DNA of 64,000 nt from an uncultured Planctomycetaceae bacterium (GTDB lineage Bacteria > Planctomycetota > Planctomycetia > Planctomycetales > Planctomycetaceae), in contig CAWFGE010000015.1 of assembly GCA_963815195.1 (NCBI GenBank), positions 128,001 to 192,000 on the forward strand, read 5' to 3'. Positions 52,312 through 63,343 of this stretch are shown one piece after another. Under the pieces are notes generated by a model. It saw nothing but the letters and a program-made list of their open reading frames with translations. It had not been told where the DNA came from and searched no databases. How positions within the stretch are numbered: position 1 is the first letter of the stretch; each line of letters opens with the position of its first letter. The position numbers and the translations under genes are program-made.

Positions 52312-52577
52312 AGCTCCACCTCACAAAGTTACTAAACATCACGTTACGGTTGGACGATCACCTTGCTTTTCAAGTTTGCGGGCATGTTATTCACGAATTG
52401 ACGAACGGTTGCTTGTTGCGCTGGTGTCAGATTCCTCAGATCCACGACTGCAAAATCCGGCGGGGTGGCACTGGCGGAGCTTGTGTGCCACTGGCTCCGC
52501 CAGTGCCTCGGCGAATGCTTTGTGCGACTGAGCCTTGTTGATTTCTTGTTTTTAACAACAGCCGACGATGTTCCGAA

Positions 52578-52805
52578 GCGGAATTCGATCCCAGCCGGCC
52601 TTCGTCTCAACGATTGTCTCAAAACCGCACTGGCAGAGCCAGTGGCACACACACCTGATCCGTTTCACACCATTTTGCCAGTGCCACCCCGGCGGAATTC
52701 GATCCCAGCCGGCCTTCGTCTCAACGATTGTCTCAAAACCGCACTGGCAGAGCCAGTGGCACACACACCTGATCCGTTTCACACCATTTTGCCAGTGCCA
52801 CCCCG
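52578..52805. repeat. perfect 114-bp tandem duplication containing REP palindromes
   Basis: Units start GCGGAATTCGATCCCAGCC at 52578 and 52692; each contains GCACTGGCAGAGCCAGTGGCAC. Confidence 0.9.
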
Positions 52806-52833
52806 CCGATGCAGAAGCTGTTCTAACGCCGTT

Positions 52834-53208
52834 CTAACTTATCTCATTCAGCCGGCTCCAATCAGCCCAATATGCTTGGTCAGCAGGAATTTGTGAAGTT
52901 ACATTGTCGACGCGCTCATACGTCCAATGTGGCGGCAAATAGTCTTCAAAGTTGAGATAATGGTCGTCAGGATGAGACGAAAAGACTGTTTCGCTATCAA
53001 AGTCGATCAAGACTGTCGGCAAGAAGTCATACCTAGCATCAGGTAAATCGTCATCCTCCAACGAGTCGAAGTCCTTCTGAAGCTCTGCCTTGTCGACTGC
53101 AAATTGTTTCATGAACTCAACGTACTGTTCTGCGTTCCGTTTGGTGACAACGCCTAAATTCGGCCTGCATGGTTCGACTGTCTCATCCAGTCGCGAGTCT
53201 AGGTCCAA
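52834..53208 (-). CDS. acidic hypothetical (immunity-like), probably 5'-truncated by IS701
   Basis: FLPTVLIDFDS...FEDYLPPHW...IPADQAYW; lower GC; abuts the transposase remnant. Confidence 0.55.
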   Translation of the reverse strand: MDLDSRLDETVEPCRPNLGVVTKRNAEQYVEFMKQFAVDKAELQKDFDSLEDDDLPDARYDFLPTVLIDFDSETVFSSHPDDHYLNFEDYLPPHWTYERVDNVTSQIPADQAYWADWSRLNEIS

Positions 53209-54235
53209 AACGAAGAAACTTTTCCGATTACCACCGCTTCTTCAGCCACGCGAGTTGGAGCATCGATCAGCTTTGGCGATTGCTGGCGGGACTGTTGATC
53301 AAAGTCTTGATCGGGGGCGACGCCGTGATCTTGCTGTCGGGCGACGACACGCTCTGCCGCAAACGCGGACTGGGTTTGTTCGGCGTGGGCATGCATCACG
53401 ATCCGCTGATTTCCTCGAAGGCCAAGAAGCTGGTGAGCTGGGGCCACGATTGGGTGACACTGTGTCTGGTGCTCGTAAACCCCTGGTGGGCCCCCACCAA
53501 AGTCTTCGCGTTGCCGATCTGCATGCGGTTGTATCGCAATCGGCAAGGGCTGACGAAGGGGAAGAAGAAAAAGCTCACGAAGCCCAAAGCGAAAGACCCG
53601 AAGCACCGCACGCGACCGGAACTGATGCGCGAAATGCTGAAACTTGTGGCGGGGTGGTTTCCCGAGCGGCAGTTCTTGTTCGTGGGTGACAGCCTTTACA
53701 CCGGCGAGAGCGTGCTGCGTTACCTGCCCGAGACCATGCACATGATCGGCCAGGTGCATCCCCAAGGCGCGATGTACGAACCGGCGCCGGAGAAACCAAC
53801 CGGCCGCGGCGCACCGCGCAAAAAAGGCGTGCGGCTCTCCACGAAAGAGGAATGGGCCAACGATGGTTCCGCCTGGACCCGGTTGACGTTCAACCAGTAC
53901 GGACTGCACACGACACTCGAGGTCAAGACCCGCCAGGGATTGTATTACAAAGCCGGCAAGGACCGCTTGCTCACGTTCGTATTGACCCGCGACTTGGAAG
54001 GCAAGCGCCGATGCAAATCTACTACTGCACCGATTTGGCGAGGGACGCACGCAGCATCCTGTCGGCCTATGCTTGTCGGTGGTCGATCGAAGTCACGCAT
54101 CACGATGCCAAACAGTATTTGGGTTTGGAAGACCCGGCCAACCGCCTGCCTCTGGCGGTGGAACGCACGGCTCCGATGGCCATGTTCTTATATAGCTTGA
54201 CCGTGTTGTGGTATGCCGAACACGGCAGTCGAGTA
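53205..54235 (+). mobile_element. IS701-family transposase remnant (both ends truncated, frameshift ~54010)
   Basis: YHRFFSHASWS, GDDTLCRKRG, WGHDWV, VGDSLY, YACRWSIEVTHHDAKQYLG. Confidence 0.85.
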
Positions 54236-54314
54236 GGGCCGGCTTTGCCGGCCGTTTGAGTTGTCGATCCAATCGCATTCATCGGCCGGCACAGCCGGCC
54301 CTACGCTTATTCCG

Positions 54315-55733
54315 TTATCCCATAACCCCATAGATCGGCTTCCCGGAGGCGATCGGCAACGGCCGGTTTAATGTGTCTCTGACTTCGGTTTCGTGGTTGA
54401 TCCCTAGCAGGTGGAACATGGTGGCGGCGAGGTCGTCGGGGCGGACGGGGTCTCGGTCGGGATAGGCGCCGTGCTTGTCGCTGGCGCCGTGGATGTGGCC
54501 GCCCTTGACGCCGCCGCCGGCGAGCAGGACCGTGTAGCACTGCGGCCAGTGGTCGCGGCTGATGTTTTCGTTGATCTTGGGGGTGCGGCCGAACTCGCCC
54601 ATCCAGACCACCAGGGTTTCATCCAAGAGGCCGCGGTCGTCGAGGTCGTTTAGGAACACGGGCAGCGTGTGCTCGGTGATGGGCAGATGCCAGGCTTTCA
54701 TGATGGGGAACATCCGCGTGTTGTTGAAGCCGTGCGTATCCCAGCCGCCGCTGTCGAACTTCTGCCCGCCGATGCTCGAGGAGAAATACACGTTGACGAA
54801 CTTGACGCCCGCTTCCACGAGCCGACGAGCGAGGAGGCAGCTTTGGCCGTAAGTCGTCCGGCCGTAGGCGTCGCGGATCTTGTCCGGTTCTTGGGACAGG
54901 TCGAAGGCTTCCCGGACCTTGGTCGAGTTGAGCATCGACAAGGCCCGGTCGTAGTAGGCATCGAGTCCCTGGGCCTGGGCCGAGTAATCCAGCAGCCGGG
55001 ATTGCTCGTTGATGAGCTTCTGCATGGCCCGGCGGTTTTGGAGCCGGCCGGGGCTGAGGTTCTCCGGCAGGCTGAGCTCTGGGAGCTTGAAGTTCCGATC
55101 GTTGGGGTCTTCGGTGACCAACAGCGGATCGTGGGCTTTGCCCAGAAAGCTCGCGTGCTGGCCCGGTGTGATCGCTCCGTCCCGGATGACATACGGGTAG
55201 GCGACGAACGTCGGCAGGCCGTTGGTCAGCGGGCTTAAACGATCCACCACGGAGCCATACGCGGGGAACAGCTCGAGCGAATCCCGCAGGCGGATGTCGT
55301 CCACCGGCGGAGCTTTGCCGGTGAGGGCGTAATAAGACGCGGAGTTATGGTTCTTCATCGTATGCTGCATGCTGCGGATCAGCGTGACCTTGTGCATCAC
55401 TTTCGCGGTCTCGGGAAGATGCTCGCAGACCCGGAGCCCCGGCAGGCTGGAATCGATCGTCCCGAACAGCCCGCGAATGCCGTCGGGGGCTTCGGGCTTC
55501 ATGTCGAAGGTCTCCAGATGGCTCGGCCCGCCGAACTGGTAGAGGAACACGACCGATTTGGCTTTGACCGGCGGGGCGGCGTGTTTGGTTTGCTTCTCGG
55601 CGGCTTGTAACAGGCGGGGCATGGTCAGCCCCAACAGTCCCAGCCCGCCCGCTTGGAGGGCCTGCCGGCGGTTGGGATGTTTTACGATTGCGAATGGGTT
55701 TTGCGTCAAGGACGGATTAATCCGCATATCCAT
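54315..55733 (-). CDS. DUF1501 domain protein (Tat-like signal)
   Basis: NRRQALQAG, GGPSHLETFDMKP, CLLARRLVEAGV, WDTH, GEFGRTP. Confidence 0.93.
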   Translation of the reverse strand: MDMRINPSLTQNPFAIVKHPNRRQALQAGGLGLLGLTMPRLLQAAEKQTKHAAPPVKAKSVVFLYQFGGPSHLETFDMKPEAPDGIRGLFGTIDSSLPGLRVCEHLPETAKVMHKVTLIRSMQHTMKNHNSASYYALTGKAPPVDDIRLRDSLELFPAYGSVVDRLSPLTNGLPTFVAYPYVIRDGAITPGQHASFLGKAHDPLLVTEDPNDRNFKLPELSLPENLSPGRLQNRRAMQKLINEQSRLLDYSAQAQGLDAYYDRALSMLNSTKVREAFDLSQEPDKIRDAYGRTTYGQSCLLARRLVEAGVKFVNVYFSSSIGGQKFDSGGWDTHGFNNTRMFPIMKAWHLPITEHTLPVFLNDLDDRGLLDETLVVWMGEFGRTPKINENISRDHWPQCYTVLLAGGGVKGGHIHGASDKHGAYPDRDPVRPDDLAATMFHLLGINHETEVRDTLNRPLPIASGKPIYGVMG

Positions 55734-56128
55734 CGGCCTTTCGCGAGGTTGATGCGAGGTTTTTTATGTGTTGGTTCATCATACCAAGCGAAATTGGTGA
55801 GGAAAAAGCCACGGAGCGTTCTGAACCGGGGCTGTGTGTGTTGCATAAAAATCGTTGGATCATCTTTCGCCCTATTTTCCAGGGGATTGGGTGGCAGGTC
55901 CCTGAGCGGAGGGAAGGGCGTGGCAAGGCGCAAAGACCACGCCCTTCGTTCCTCAGGGCGTGCCACCCAAGTCCGTACCGACTTCTGCCGGGGCGAGCGC
56001 CCTGCGGCTGATGAATACGACAATTTTTCCTCAAGTGATGCCAACGCAATTTGACGGAAGGCGGAATGTGACCTAGTTTTCAGCGCCATTCTCTCCTCTT
56101 GGTTCACGATTGCGGAAAAAGAACAGCC

Positions 56129-57805
56129 ATGACCGAGCGAAATTCGAAACTTTCCCCCGCGGAGTTTCTCGCGGAACTCAAGAAAGGCACATCCCCCGCC
56201 CAGGCTTCGACCAAACACGATGCGGCGGAGGCCGGCGATCCGTTTGCGGATCTCGATTTTGACGATCTGGACCATCTGGATGATCTGAACGATCTGAATG
56301 CAGACGACGGCGAGTCGGGTTATGCGGAGGACGACGGTTCGGAGGATTCCGATTCCTCGACGGCGGAGCGGATGCGGGCGGCGATGGCCACGTTCGACAC
56401 GATCGATTCCCGCGACGGGCTGCTGGGCGAGTCGCCGGACGATGGGGTCGTGGACAAGCCGTCCGGCGTCCGCCGGCCCAACCGCGACCTCGCGGAGTTG
56501 TTCGAGCGGGTGAACACGCTGCTCGACGGCGACTGGACAGGCGACGCCAAGTACCGGCCCATGGCCGTGGAAACGCTCCAGGAAACGGGCCTGTCGTTCG
56601 AGGAAGTCGAGCGGCTGATTTTGAAATATCTGATGTCCAAAGGCTCGGCCACGGGCCGGATCATCTGCACGCAGGTCTGCCTGCCGTTCCACGTCGTCGA
56701 TCCGATCCTCAAGCAACTCAAACACCAGCAGCTTTTGTCGTTCAAGGGCACGGCGGAGATGGGCGACTACGAGTTCGCCATCACCGAGCAGGGCCGGGAC
56801 CGGGCCTACGGCTACAACCTGGAGTGCACGTACTTTGGGGCGGCTCCGGTGAGCCTGCCGGACTACCTCAAGGCGATGGCCGCCCAGAGCATCGCCAAGC
56901 AGGAAGCCACCGAAGCGGACTTGCATAAGGCGTTTGCCGATCTGATCATCAACGAGAAAATGCTCGACCGCTTGGGACCGGCGGTCAATTCGGGCCGGGG
57001 GATGTTTTTGTTCGGCGAGCCGGGCAACGGCAAAACGAGCATCGCCGAGCGCATCACCCAATGCTTCGGCAGCACGATCTGGATTCCCCGCGCCCTGGGC
57101 ATCGACGGGGACATCATCCGCCTCTACGACCCCGGCATTCACAAGGCGATTGAAGAAAGCCGGGACGAGGGGCTGTTCGATCTTTCGGGCATCGATGCGC
57201 GGTGGGTGCTTGTGGAACGTCCCACGGTGATCGCCGGGGGCGAATTGACGATGGCCCAACTGGAAGTCACCCAGAACCAGACGACGAAAATCTGCGAAGC
57301 CCCGCTGCAGCTCAAGAGCAACTGCGGGACCTTAGTGATCGACGACTTCGGCCGGCAGACGATGCCGGTGGATGAGCTGCTCAACCGCTGGATCGTGCCT
57401 TTGGAAAAGCGCTACGACTTTTTGAACCTGCCCAGCGGGAAGAAGATCCAAGTGCCGTTCGACCAGTTGATTATTTTCTCGACGAACCTGGAGCCGAAGG
57501 ACCTGGTGGACGGGGCGTTTTTGCGGCGGATTCCGTACAAGATCGAAGTGCCGGATCCGTCCAAGGACGAGTTTTTGGCGCTGTTCAAGCTGATGACTCC
57601 GCTGATGGGCTTCGAGTATGACGCGGACTGCGTGGATTATCTGATCCAGAAGCATTACGAATCGGTGAACCGGCCGTTCCGCGCCTGCCAGCCGCGCGAC
57701 CTGCTTTTACAGGTCCGCAATTTTTGCGTGTATAAGAAAAAGCCCAAGACGCTGTCGAACGAAGCCTTCGACTTCGCGGTGGAGAATTACTTCTCGGTGA
57801 TGTGA
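56129..57805 (+). CDS. AAA-family ATPase
   Basis: [29 protein letters not shown]. Confidence 0.9.
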   Translation: MTERNSKLSPAEFLAELKKGTSPAQASTKHDAAEAGDPFADLDFDDLDHLDDLNDLNADDGESGYAEDDGSEDSDSSTAERMRAAMATFDTIDSRDGLLGESPDDGVVDKPSGVRRPNRDLAELFERVNTLLDGDWTGDAKYRPMAVETLQETGLSFEEVERLILKYLMSKGSATGRIICTQVCLPFHVVDPILKQLKHQQLLSFKGTAEMGDYEFAITEQGRDRAYGYNLECTYFGAAPVSLPDYLKAMAAQSIAKQEATEADLHKAFADLIINEKMLDRLGPAVNSGRGMFLFGEPGNGKTSIAERITQCFGSTIWIPRALGIDGDIIRLYDPGIHKAIEESRDEGLFDLSGIDARWVLVERPTVIAGGELTMAQLEVTQNQTTKICEAPLQLKSNCGTLVIDDFGRQTMPVDELLNRWIVPLEKRYDFLNLPSGKKIQVPFDQLIIFSTNLEPKDLVDGAFLRRIPYKIEVPDPSKDEFLALFKLMTPLMGFEYDADCVDYLIQKHYESVNRPFRACQPRDLLLQVRNFCVYKKKPKTLSNEAFDFAVENYFSVM

Positions 57806-57979
57806 GCCGGCTTTTTCCGGCTCTCCGCTCTCCGTCTCTCGGCTCTCCGCTGCTTTTGCCCCTTTTTCTTGCCGGGCATTGTTCTTAGAATCCTATTCCG
57901 GTTTTGTGGTGCACTTGATAATATCCGCCGCCTTTGTCTGCGGTTTTGATATTGAATTTCGACGGCTGTTGTCTGACAC

Positions 57980-59365
57980 GTGATTCGGCTCCTCGATAAT
58001 GTCTCGTCCTCGGTGGAATCCGCCCAAAAGCGGATGGTGCTGCGCCGGGATCTGCGGGCCAGCGTGGGGGATGCCACCGCCTACGGCGGCATGGTGGGAC
58101 TGGGTGAAACCTACCTCGCGACGTTTGCCCTCGCGGCGGGGCTGGGCGAATTGATGGCGGGTCTCGTGGGCAGCGTGCCATTGGTGGCGGGCGGGATCAT
58201 GCAGACGATTTCGCCGTGGGCCGTCCGCAAACTCGGCTCGCACAAGCGCTGGGTCGTGTCCTGTGCCGGCTTTCAGGCGGTGGCGTTTGTGCCGCTCATC
58301 CTGGCCGCCTGGAAGGGCACGATCAGCGGCCCCGCGATCCTTGCGGTTGCGACGCTGTATTGGGCCGCGGGTCTGGCGACCGGGCCGGCTTGGAACACCT
58401 GGATCGGCACGCTCGTCCCGCCTGTGGTCCGTCCGCGGTTCTTCGCGATGCGAACCCGGTCCCAACAAGCCGCGGTGTTTGCGGGGTTTCTCATCGGCGG
58501 GATCGCCTTGGAATGGGCCGCCGGAAGGAATTGCGTTCTGACGGTCTATGCCGGGTTGTTTGCGGCGGCGGGGGTTTGCCGATTGATCTCGGCGTGGGCG
58601 CTTTCGCGTCAAAGCGAACCGGTCCCGATTCCCACAAGGATGCGGCGGCTGACGCTCGGGGAACTCTTCGGCCGGCTGCGCGGGCAAAGCGGCGGGCAGT
58701 TGCTGTTGTATCTGGTCGCGGTGCAGGCGGCGGTGCAGATGGCGGGGCCGTTTTTTACTCCGTTCATGTTCCGCAAGCTCGACATCAGTTACGGGCATTT
58801 CGTGGCCTTGATCTCGGTGGCGTTTCTGATCAAGATCATCGCCTTTCCGATCTGGGGCCGCGTGGCGCATGCGGTCGGAGCGCGAAAGCTGCTCTGGATC
58901 GGCGGCTGGGGCATCGTGCCGATGAGCGGCAGTTGGGTCGTCTCGCAAGACTTCGCGTGGCTGCTGTGCGTCCAGGCGGCGGGCGGCGTGTTTTGGGCGG
59001 CATACGAACTGGCCTTCTTCCTGTTGTTCTTTGAATCGATCGCCGAGGAAGAACGCACCAGTTTGCTCACGGTTTATAATCTGCTTAACACCTCGGCTTG
59101 GGTCTTGGGTTCGCTGATGGGAGCCTTGGTGCTGGCCGCGATGGGCGGGACGTACAACAGTTATCTGTGGGTGTTCGGGTTATCGTCGCTGGGCCGGGTC
59201 TTCGCCTTGAGGCTGTTGGCGAAATTGCCGGATACGGCGGTCGCGTCCGACGAAATGTCGGTTCGCACTATGGCCGTCCGTCCGAACTCGGCCTCGCTGG
59301 ACACGCCCGTGCTGCCCAGCCTGCCGGACCAAATCCCGGAACCCGAACCCGTCGCGGTGGAATGA
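57980..59365 (+). CDS. MFS transporter
   Basis: About 12 hydrophobic segments in a two-fold MFS pattern. Confidence 0.85.
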   Translation: MIRLLDNVSSSVESAQKRMVLRRDLRASVGDATAYGGMVGLGETYLATFALAAGLGELMAGLVGSVPLVAGGIMQTISPWAVRKLGSHKRWVVSCAGFQAVAFVPLILAAWKGTISGPAILAVATLYWAAGLATGPAWNTWIGTLVPPVVRPRFFAMRTRSQQAAVFAGFLIGGIALEWAAGRNCVLTVYAGLFAAAGVCRLISAWALSRQSEPVPIPTRMRRLTLGELFGRLRGQSGGQLLLYLVAVQAAVQMAGPFFTPFMFRKLDISYGHFVALISVAFLIKIIAFPIWGRVAHAVGARKLLWIGGWGIVPMSGSWVVSQDFAWLLCVQAAGGVFWAAYELAFFLLFFESIAEEERTSLLTVYNLLNTSAWVLGSLMGALVLAAMGGTYNSYLWVFGLSSLGRVFALRLLAKLPDTAVASDEMSVRTMAVRPNSASLDTPVLPSLPDQIPEPEPVAVE

Positions 59366-59484
59366 CCGATCCTCCAAAACGACGCCAGGCCGACCAGCCC
59401 TTGGTTTCTTCCTTTGTCACGGAAAAACCCGATGCGAGCGCTGGGGCTGATCAATAATCCCGGCGAGACTGTTGGCGATTCGAT

Positions 59485-60519
59485 TTAGAGCCAAAAGATT
59501 TCGGCTTCGCGGGCGAATTGCAAATCCATCGCCGGGCCGTTCGACCAATCTTCCCAGAGGGCGATGCTCTCGTCGGAGAACAGTTGCAGATCGGTGTCGG
59601 GGCGTTTGGGATCGTGGTGCACGATCCGCACGCGGCGGGGCAGCCGCGGGCAGCGGAGGAACATCGGCAACAACCGTTCGGGCGTGGCGTGGCCCCAGCC
59701 TTCGCGGGACATCGCCTGTCCGAAATCGCCCCCGATCGCCGCTTCGCCCCGGTACTCCGCATCGCGGTACTGCATGTCGGCCAAGAGCAACTCGGCGTCA
59801 CCAAAAAACTCGACCACGTCGGGATCGGGTTCGGGCGGCGGTTCGTAATCGGTGGCGATCACCACCGCGCCCACGCCGGGGATTTCCAGCCGATACCCCG
59901 TGCAGCCGCCGGGATGCCGCAAGGCCACCGTTCGCACCGTGACTTCATCCAGTTGGAACACCGCGCCGGGCACAAAATGATCGTACTCCCGCTCGGCCCC
60001 GTGCTGGGCCAACAAATCCAGCGTCACCGGCCAATAGCTGGCGCAAAACTGGGCCGCGAGGACATCCTGCATCGTGGGCGGCATCGGGCAGGCGACCCCC
60101 GCGGGATGATAGCTCGAATACGGCTCACAAAACTCCCCGAGCGCGGCGAGGTTCGGACTGTGAAACCTGAGCGTCAATCCCTTTTGAAAAAACAGCGAGT
60201 TCGACCGCAGGCCCTCCAGGTGGTCGTCGTGAAAGTGCGTTTGCAGGCAGTGAATTGTCGCTTCGGTTTTGCCCTCGGCCTGGAGCATGTCGATCAGGAA
60301 TTCGGAAATGGGTTCCACGCCCAATCCCTGATCGATGACGATGAACGTGTCCTCGTGGCGGAGGAGAAAACTCGTGGTCCGGCTGCCGAACAGATCCCGG
60401 CGAAACGGCACGCGACGCATCTGCCGCGGGGCGTCGGCATCAAAAACCGGCCGGTTCTCCGACGGGGCCGCAAAACTCCCGGAACACCCGCCGATCAAAA
60501 ACATCGTCCGAGATTTCAT
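59485..60519 (-). CDS. MBL-fold metallo-hydrolase
   Basis: THFHDDHLEG, HPGG, TDYE, WGH, HHDP. Confidence 0.88.
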   Translation of the reverse strand: MKSRTMFLIGGCSGSFAAPSENRPVFDADAPRQMRRVPFRRDLFGSRTTSFLLRHEDTFIVIDQGLGVEPISEFLIDMLQAEGKTEATIHCLQTHFHDDHLEGLRSNSLFFQKGLTLRFHSPNLAALGEFCEPYSSYHPAGVACPMPPTMQDVLAAQFCASYWPVTLDLLAQHGAEREYDHFVPGAVFQLDEVTVRTVALRHPGGCTGYRLEIPGVGAVVIATDYEPPPEPDPDVVEFFGDAELLLADMQYRDAEYRGEAAIGGDFGQAMSREGWGHATPERLLPMFLRCPRLPRRVRIVHHDPKRPDTDLQLFSDESIALWEDWSNGPAMDLQFAREAEIFWL

Positions 60520-60529
60520 CCGCGATTCC

Positions 60530-61645
60530 TTATTTCAACATCGTCAATGGATGTTTGCGGTTCGCGAGCGGAAATAGCACCGGGGCGGTTTGGCGGTGGG
60601 ATTCCCAGACCGCGAGGATCATTTCCGTGGCGGCGCGGGCGTCTTTGGCTCCGCAGCGGGGTTGGCGGTCGGTTTTGATGGCGTCGATCAAATCGTTGAC
60701 CGCCGCCGGGTGCCCGCCGGCGTAGCCGCGGTCCGTGCGGGTTTCCGGTTTGTTCAAACCGTTCGAGGAAATCGGCTGCCACTCGGATTTCGTCGACCCG
60801 GACGACCAGTGGGAATCTTTGAGGAGCCACGCGGTTTCCAGAAATCCCGAGGGCAATTCGATCACGCCTTGGGAGCCATAGATCATCAGCCCGAACCGCG
60901 AAGGCCGGCCGGCCTTGTTTCGGTGCGAAGCGAAATGCCCGCGGACGCCGTTCTCGAAAGCGTACATCGCATCGATGCCATCGCCCGCGAGCGGCCCGAG
61001 ACCTTCCGCTCCGTCCACAACATCTTTTTGGGTAACAGGCCGGCCTTGGGCGGTGACACTCGCAAAGCACCATTTGACATCGCCATTCACGGCCCGCATC
61101 AGATCGAGCATATGGCTGCCCAGGACCCACAGGTCTTCGCCGCCACCCCGCCGGTCTTCCTTGCCGCGGGCACGCAGTTCCAGAACGTCGCCGATCTCGC
61201 CGTCGGCGATCAGTTTTTTCACGTGCTCCAACTGCGGCGAGTAATGGGCAATGTGGGCGATGCCCAGCTTCAAATGCCGCATGTCGAGAGCCTGCACCAC
61301 TTCGTCGGCTTCTTCGAGGGTTCGGCAGAAGGGCTTTTCCATGTAGACGTGGCAGCCATGCTCCGCCGCGGCCATGAGCATTGCGTGATGCTGGTCGGTC
61401 CAACGCGGGCAGACGGCGACGATGTCGAACTTCTCCTTGCCGAGCATCTCGTGATAGTCGGCGTAGGACGTTTTGGCCCCGGTGACTTTCACAGCCTCGG
61501 CCCGGCCGCCGGGATGCGGGTCGGCGACGGCGATGACTTCGGTCTCGGGAATCTTTTTCCAAACCTGATCCACGCCGTGCCCGTAGTTCCCTCGTCCGGT
61601 GTGCCCGATGATCCCCACGCGCAGTTTCTGTTTGGGGGTGTCCAT
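60530..61645 (-). CDS. Gfo/Idh/MocA oxidoreductase
   Basis: VGIIGHTGRGNYGH, HVYMEKP, GSHMLD. Confidence 0.92.
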   Translation of the reverse strand: MDTPKQKLRVGIIGHTGRGNYGHGVDQVWKKIPETEVIAVADPHPGGRAEAVKVTGAKTSYADYHEMLGKEKFDIVAVCPRWTDQHHAMLMAAAEHGCHVYMEKPFCRTLEEADEVVQALDMRHLKLGIAHIAHYSPQLEHVKKLIADGEIGDVLELRARGKEDRRGGGEDLWVLGSHMLDLMRAVNGDVKWCFASVTAQGRPVTQKDVVDGAEGLGPLAGDGIDAMYAFENGVRGHFASHRNKAGRPSRFGLMIYGSQGVIELPSGFLETAWLLKDSHWSSGSTKSEWQPISSNGLNKPETRTDRGYAGGHPAAVNDLIDAIKTDRQPRCGAKDARAATEMILAVWESHRQTAPVLFPLANRKHPLTMLK

Positions 61646-61778
61646 GATGTCACTCCTCGCAAAAGCCAAGAACCATTTCGCCGCCCTGCCAGCCTATCCC
61701 GGCGGTAGGTTCAACGCAAGCGGCCCTTGAGCGGCTGGGCGGGGCGAGGGCCCTGCGGCTAATAATTGCGTCCGAGCG

Positions 61779-62906
61779 TCATTTATCTTCCAGCACTTCC
61801 GCGATTTCCACCGCGCGGTGTTCCTTCGCGGAAAGATAGCAGGCATCGACGAGGGCCATGGTGTGGAGATTGTCGCGGCCGTTGATTTCGGGTTCGCGGT
61901 TTTCTTCGAGAGCGCACATCAATTGCGCCATTGTTCCCGCGAACGCATCGGGGAACCAGACCTCTTTCCAGCGCGGCTGGAACCAATAGCCCGGCTGCCG
62001 GGTTGTGGTCCAGTTGAGCGTGCTCGGCGTGGGATTCGGATAATCCGGCCAGCCGATCGTGCCGTGGGCCAAACCTTCGAGGCCTTCGACCCGCCAGCGA
62101 ATGCCGATGTCGGCTTCGGAACCTTCGCGGGCGGGACCGGTCCAGACATCATCCCAGGACGAGGCCCGCACGCCGGTGTCGTATTCCAGGATATACAGGC
62201 AGATGCCGTCTTCGTGCTGGAACAGCTTGGAAGTCCGCGGATCGGGGCGGATGCTGGCGAAGACCCGCGTCGGATTGCCGAACCAATACCGGAAGGTATC
62301 CAGATGATGGATGCTCATAATCCGCAGCGTGACCCAGCCCAGCCGTTTTTGCCAGGGCATCCAGTGCGGAATGGCCCGCATGTCGATCGTGCCGAGCACG
62401 GGTTCGCCCAAGTCGCCTCGCTCCAAAAGATGCTTCAAAGCCCGGACCGATTGGTCGTAGCGCATGTTCTGATTGACCGCGAGCACAATGCCCGCGTCTT
62501 CGCAGAGCTGGACGATTTCGCGGGCCTCGGCCAGGTTCATCCCCAGCGGTTTTTGAGCCAGGATGCCCCGCAGATGGTCCGCGTGCTTCACCGCTTCCCG
62601 GATGACCTCCAACTGCACGTCCGGCGGCACGGCCACGTCCAAAACTTCGACGCTGGGATCGTTCAGCAATTGGCGGTAGGTGTCGTAAACGTTCGGGATC
62701 TGATGCCGGTCCCCGACTCGGCGGGCGTTCTCCGTGTTCCGCGAAGCAATCGCCAGCGGCCGAAATCCGGCATTTTTATAAGCGACCAAATGGCAGTCGG
62801 CCATGATGAACCCCGCCCCGATGCACCCGATCCCCATCCCGCGATTCTTTGGGAACTTGGGCCGATAATCGAGCTCCAACGAAAACGCCTCGCCCGCATG
62901 CGACAT
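61779..62906 (-). CDS. Gfo/Idh/MocA oxidoreductase
   Basis: [25 protein letters not shown]. Confidence 0.92.
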   Translation of the reverse strand: MSHAGEAFSLELDYRPKFPKNRGMGIGCIGAGFIMADCHLVAYKNAGFRPLAIASRNTENARRVGDRHQIPNVYDTYRQLLNDPSVEVLDVAVPPDVQLEVIREAVKHADHLRGILAQKPLGMNLAEAREIVQLCEDAGIVLAVNQNMRYDQSVRALKHLLERGDLGEPVLGTIDMRAIPHWMPWQKRLGWVTLRIMSIHHLDTFRYWFGNPTRVFASIRPDPRTSKLFQHEDGICLYILEYDTGVRASSWDDVWTGPAREGSEADIGIRWRVEGLEGLAHGTIGWPDYPNPTPSTLNWTTTRQPGYWFQPRWKEVWFPDAFAGTMAQLMCALEENREPEINGRDNLHTMALVDACYLSAKEHRAVEIAEVLEDK

Positions 62907-63343
62907 GTGTTCTCTCCCGGTGTTTGAAATGGCGGCTTTCGATATCTATGTGACTCAAACGGTAACCGTTTGGGTGGCTGGGGCGCAAATCGTCCTTGGA
63001 ACAAGGCTTGAACTGCGAATGCTGGGGCTGTGGCCGGGCGAGAAAAATCTCACACGGCCCCAGGCCTCAACTCTGCTTTTTCCTTGGAACATTTCTTTGC
63101 GCCCAGCCACCCCCTGCGGTTTCTGAAATCGCGGTTTTTCTATGTGACTTCTGAATGACTTCTGAAATGTGAAATATCAGCCGGCTTACGCGGGCCGTTC
63201 GCCTTTGAATTTCATCATATTCGACTTGACCCGCATCCGACAATCTGCGAGAACCCCGGCCTCTCTCCACTCTCCCTATCTCCGAATCTCACAAAAACAC
63301 CAAGGATCCAAATCCGCCCGGGACCGGTGTGGACTTGGATGGG

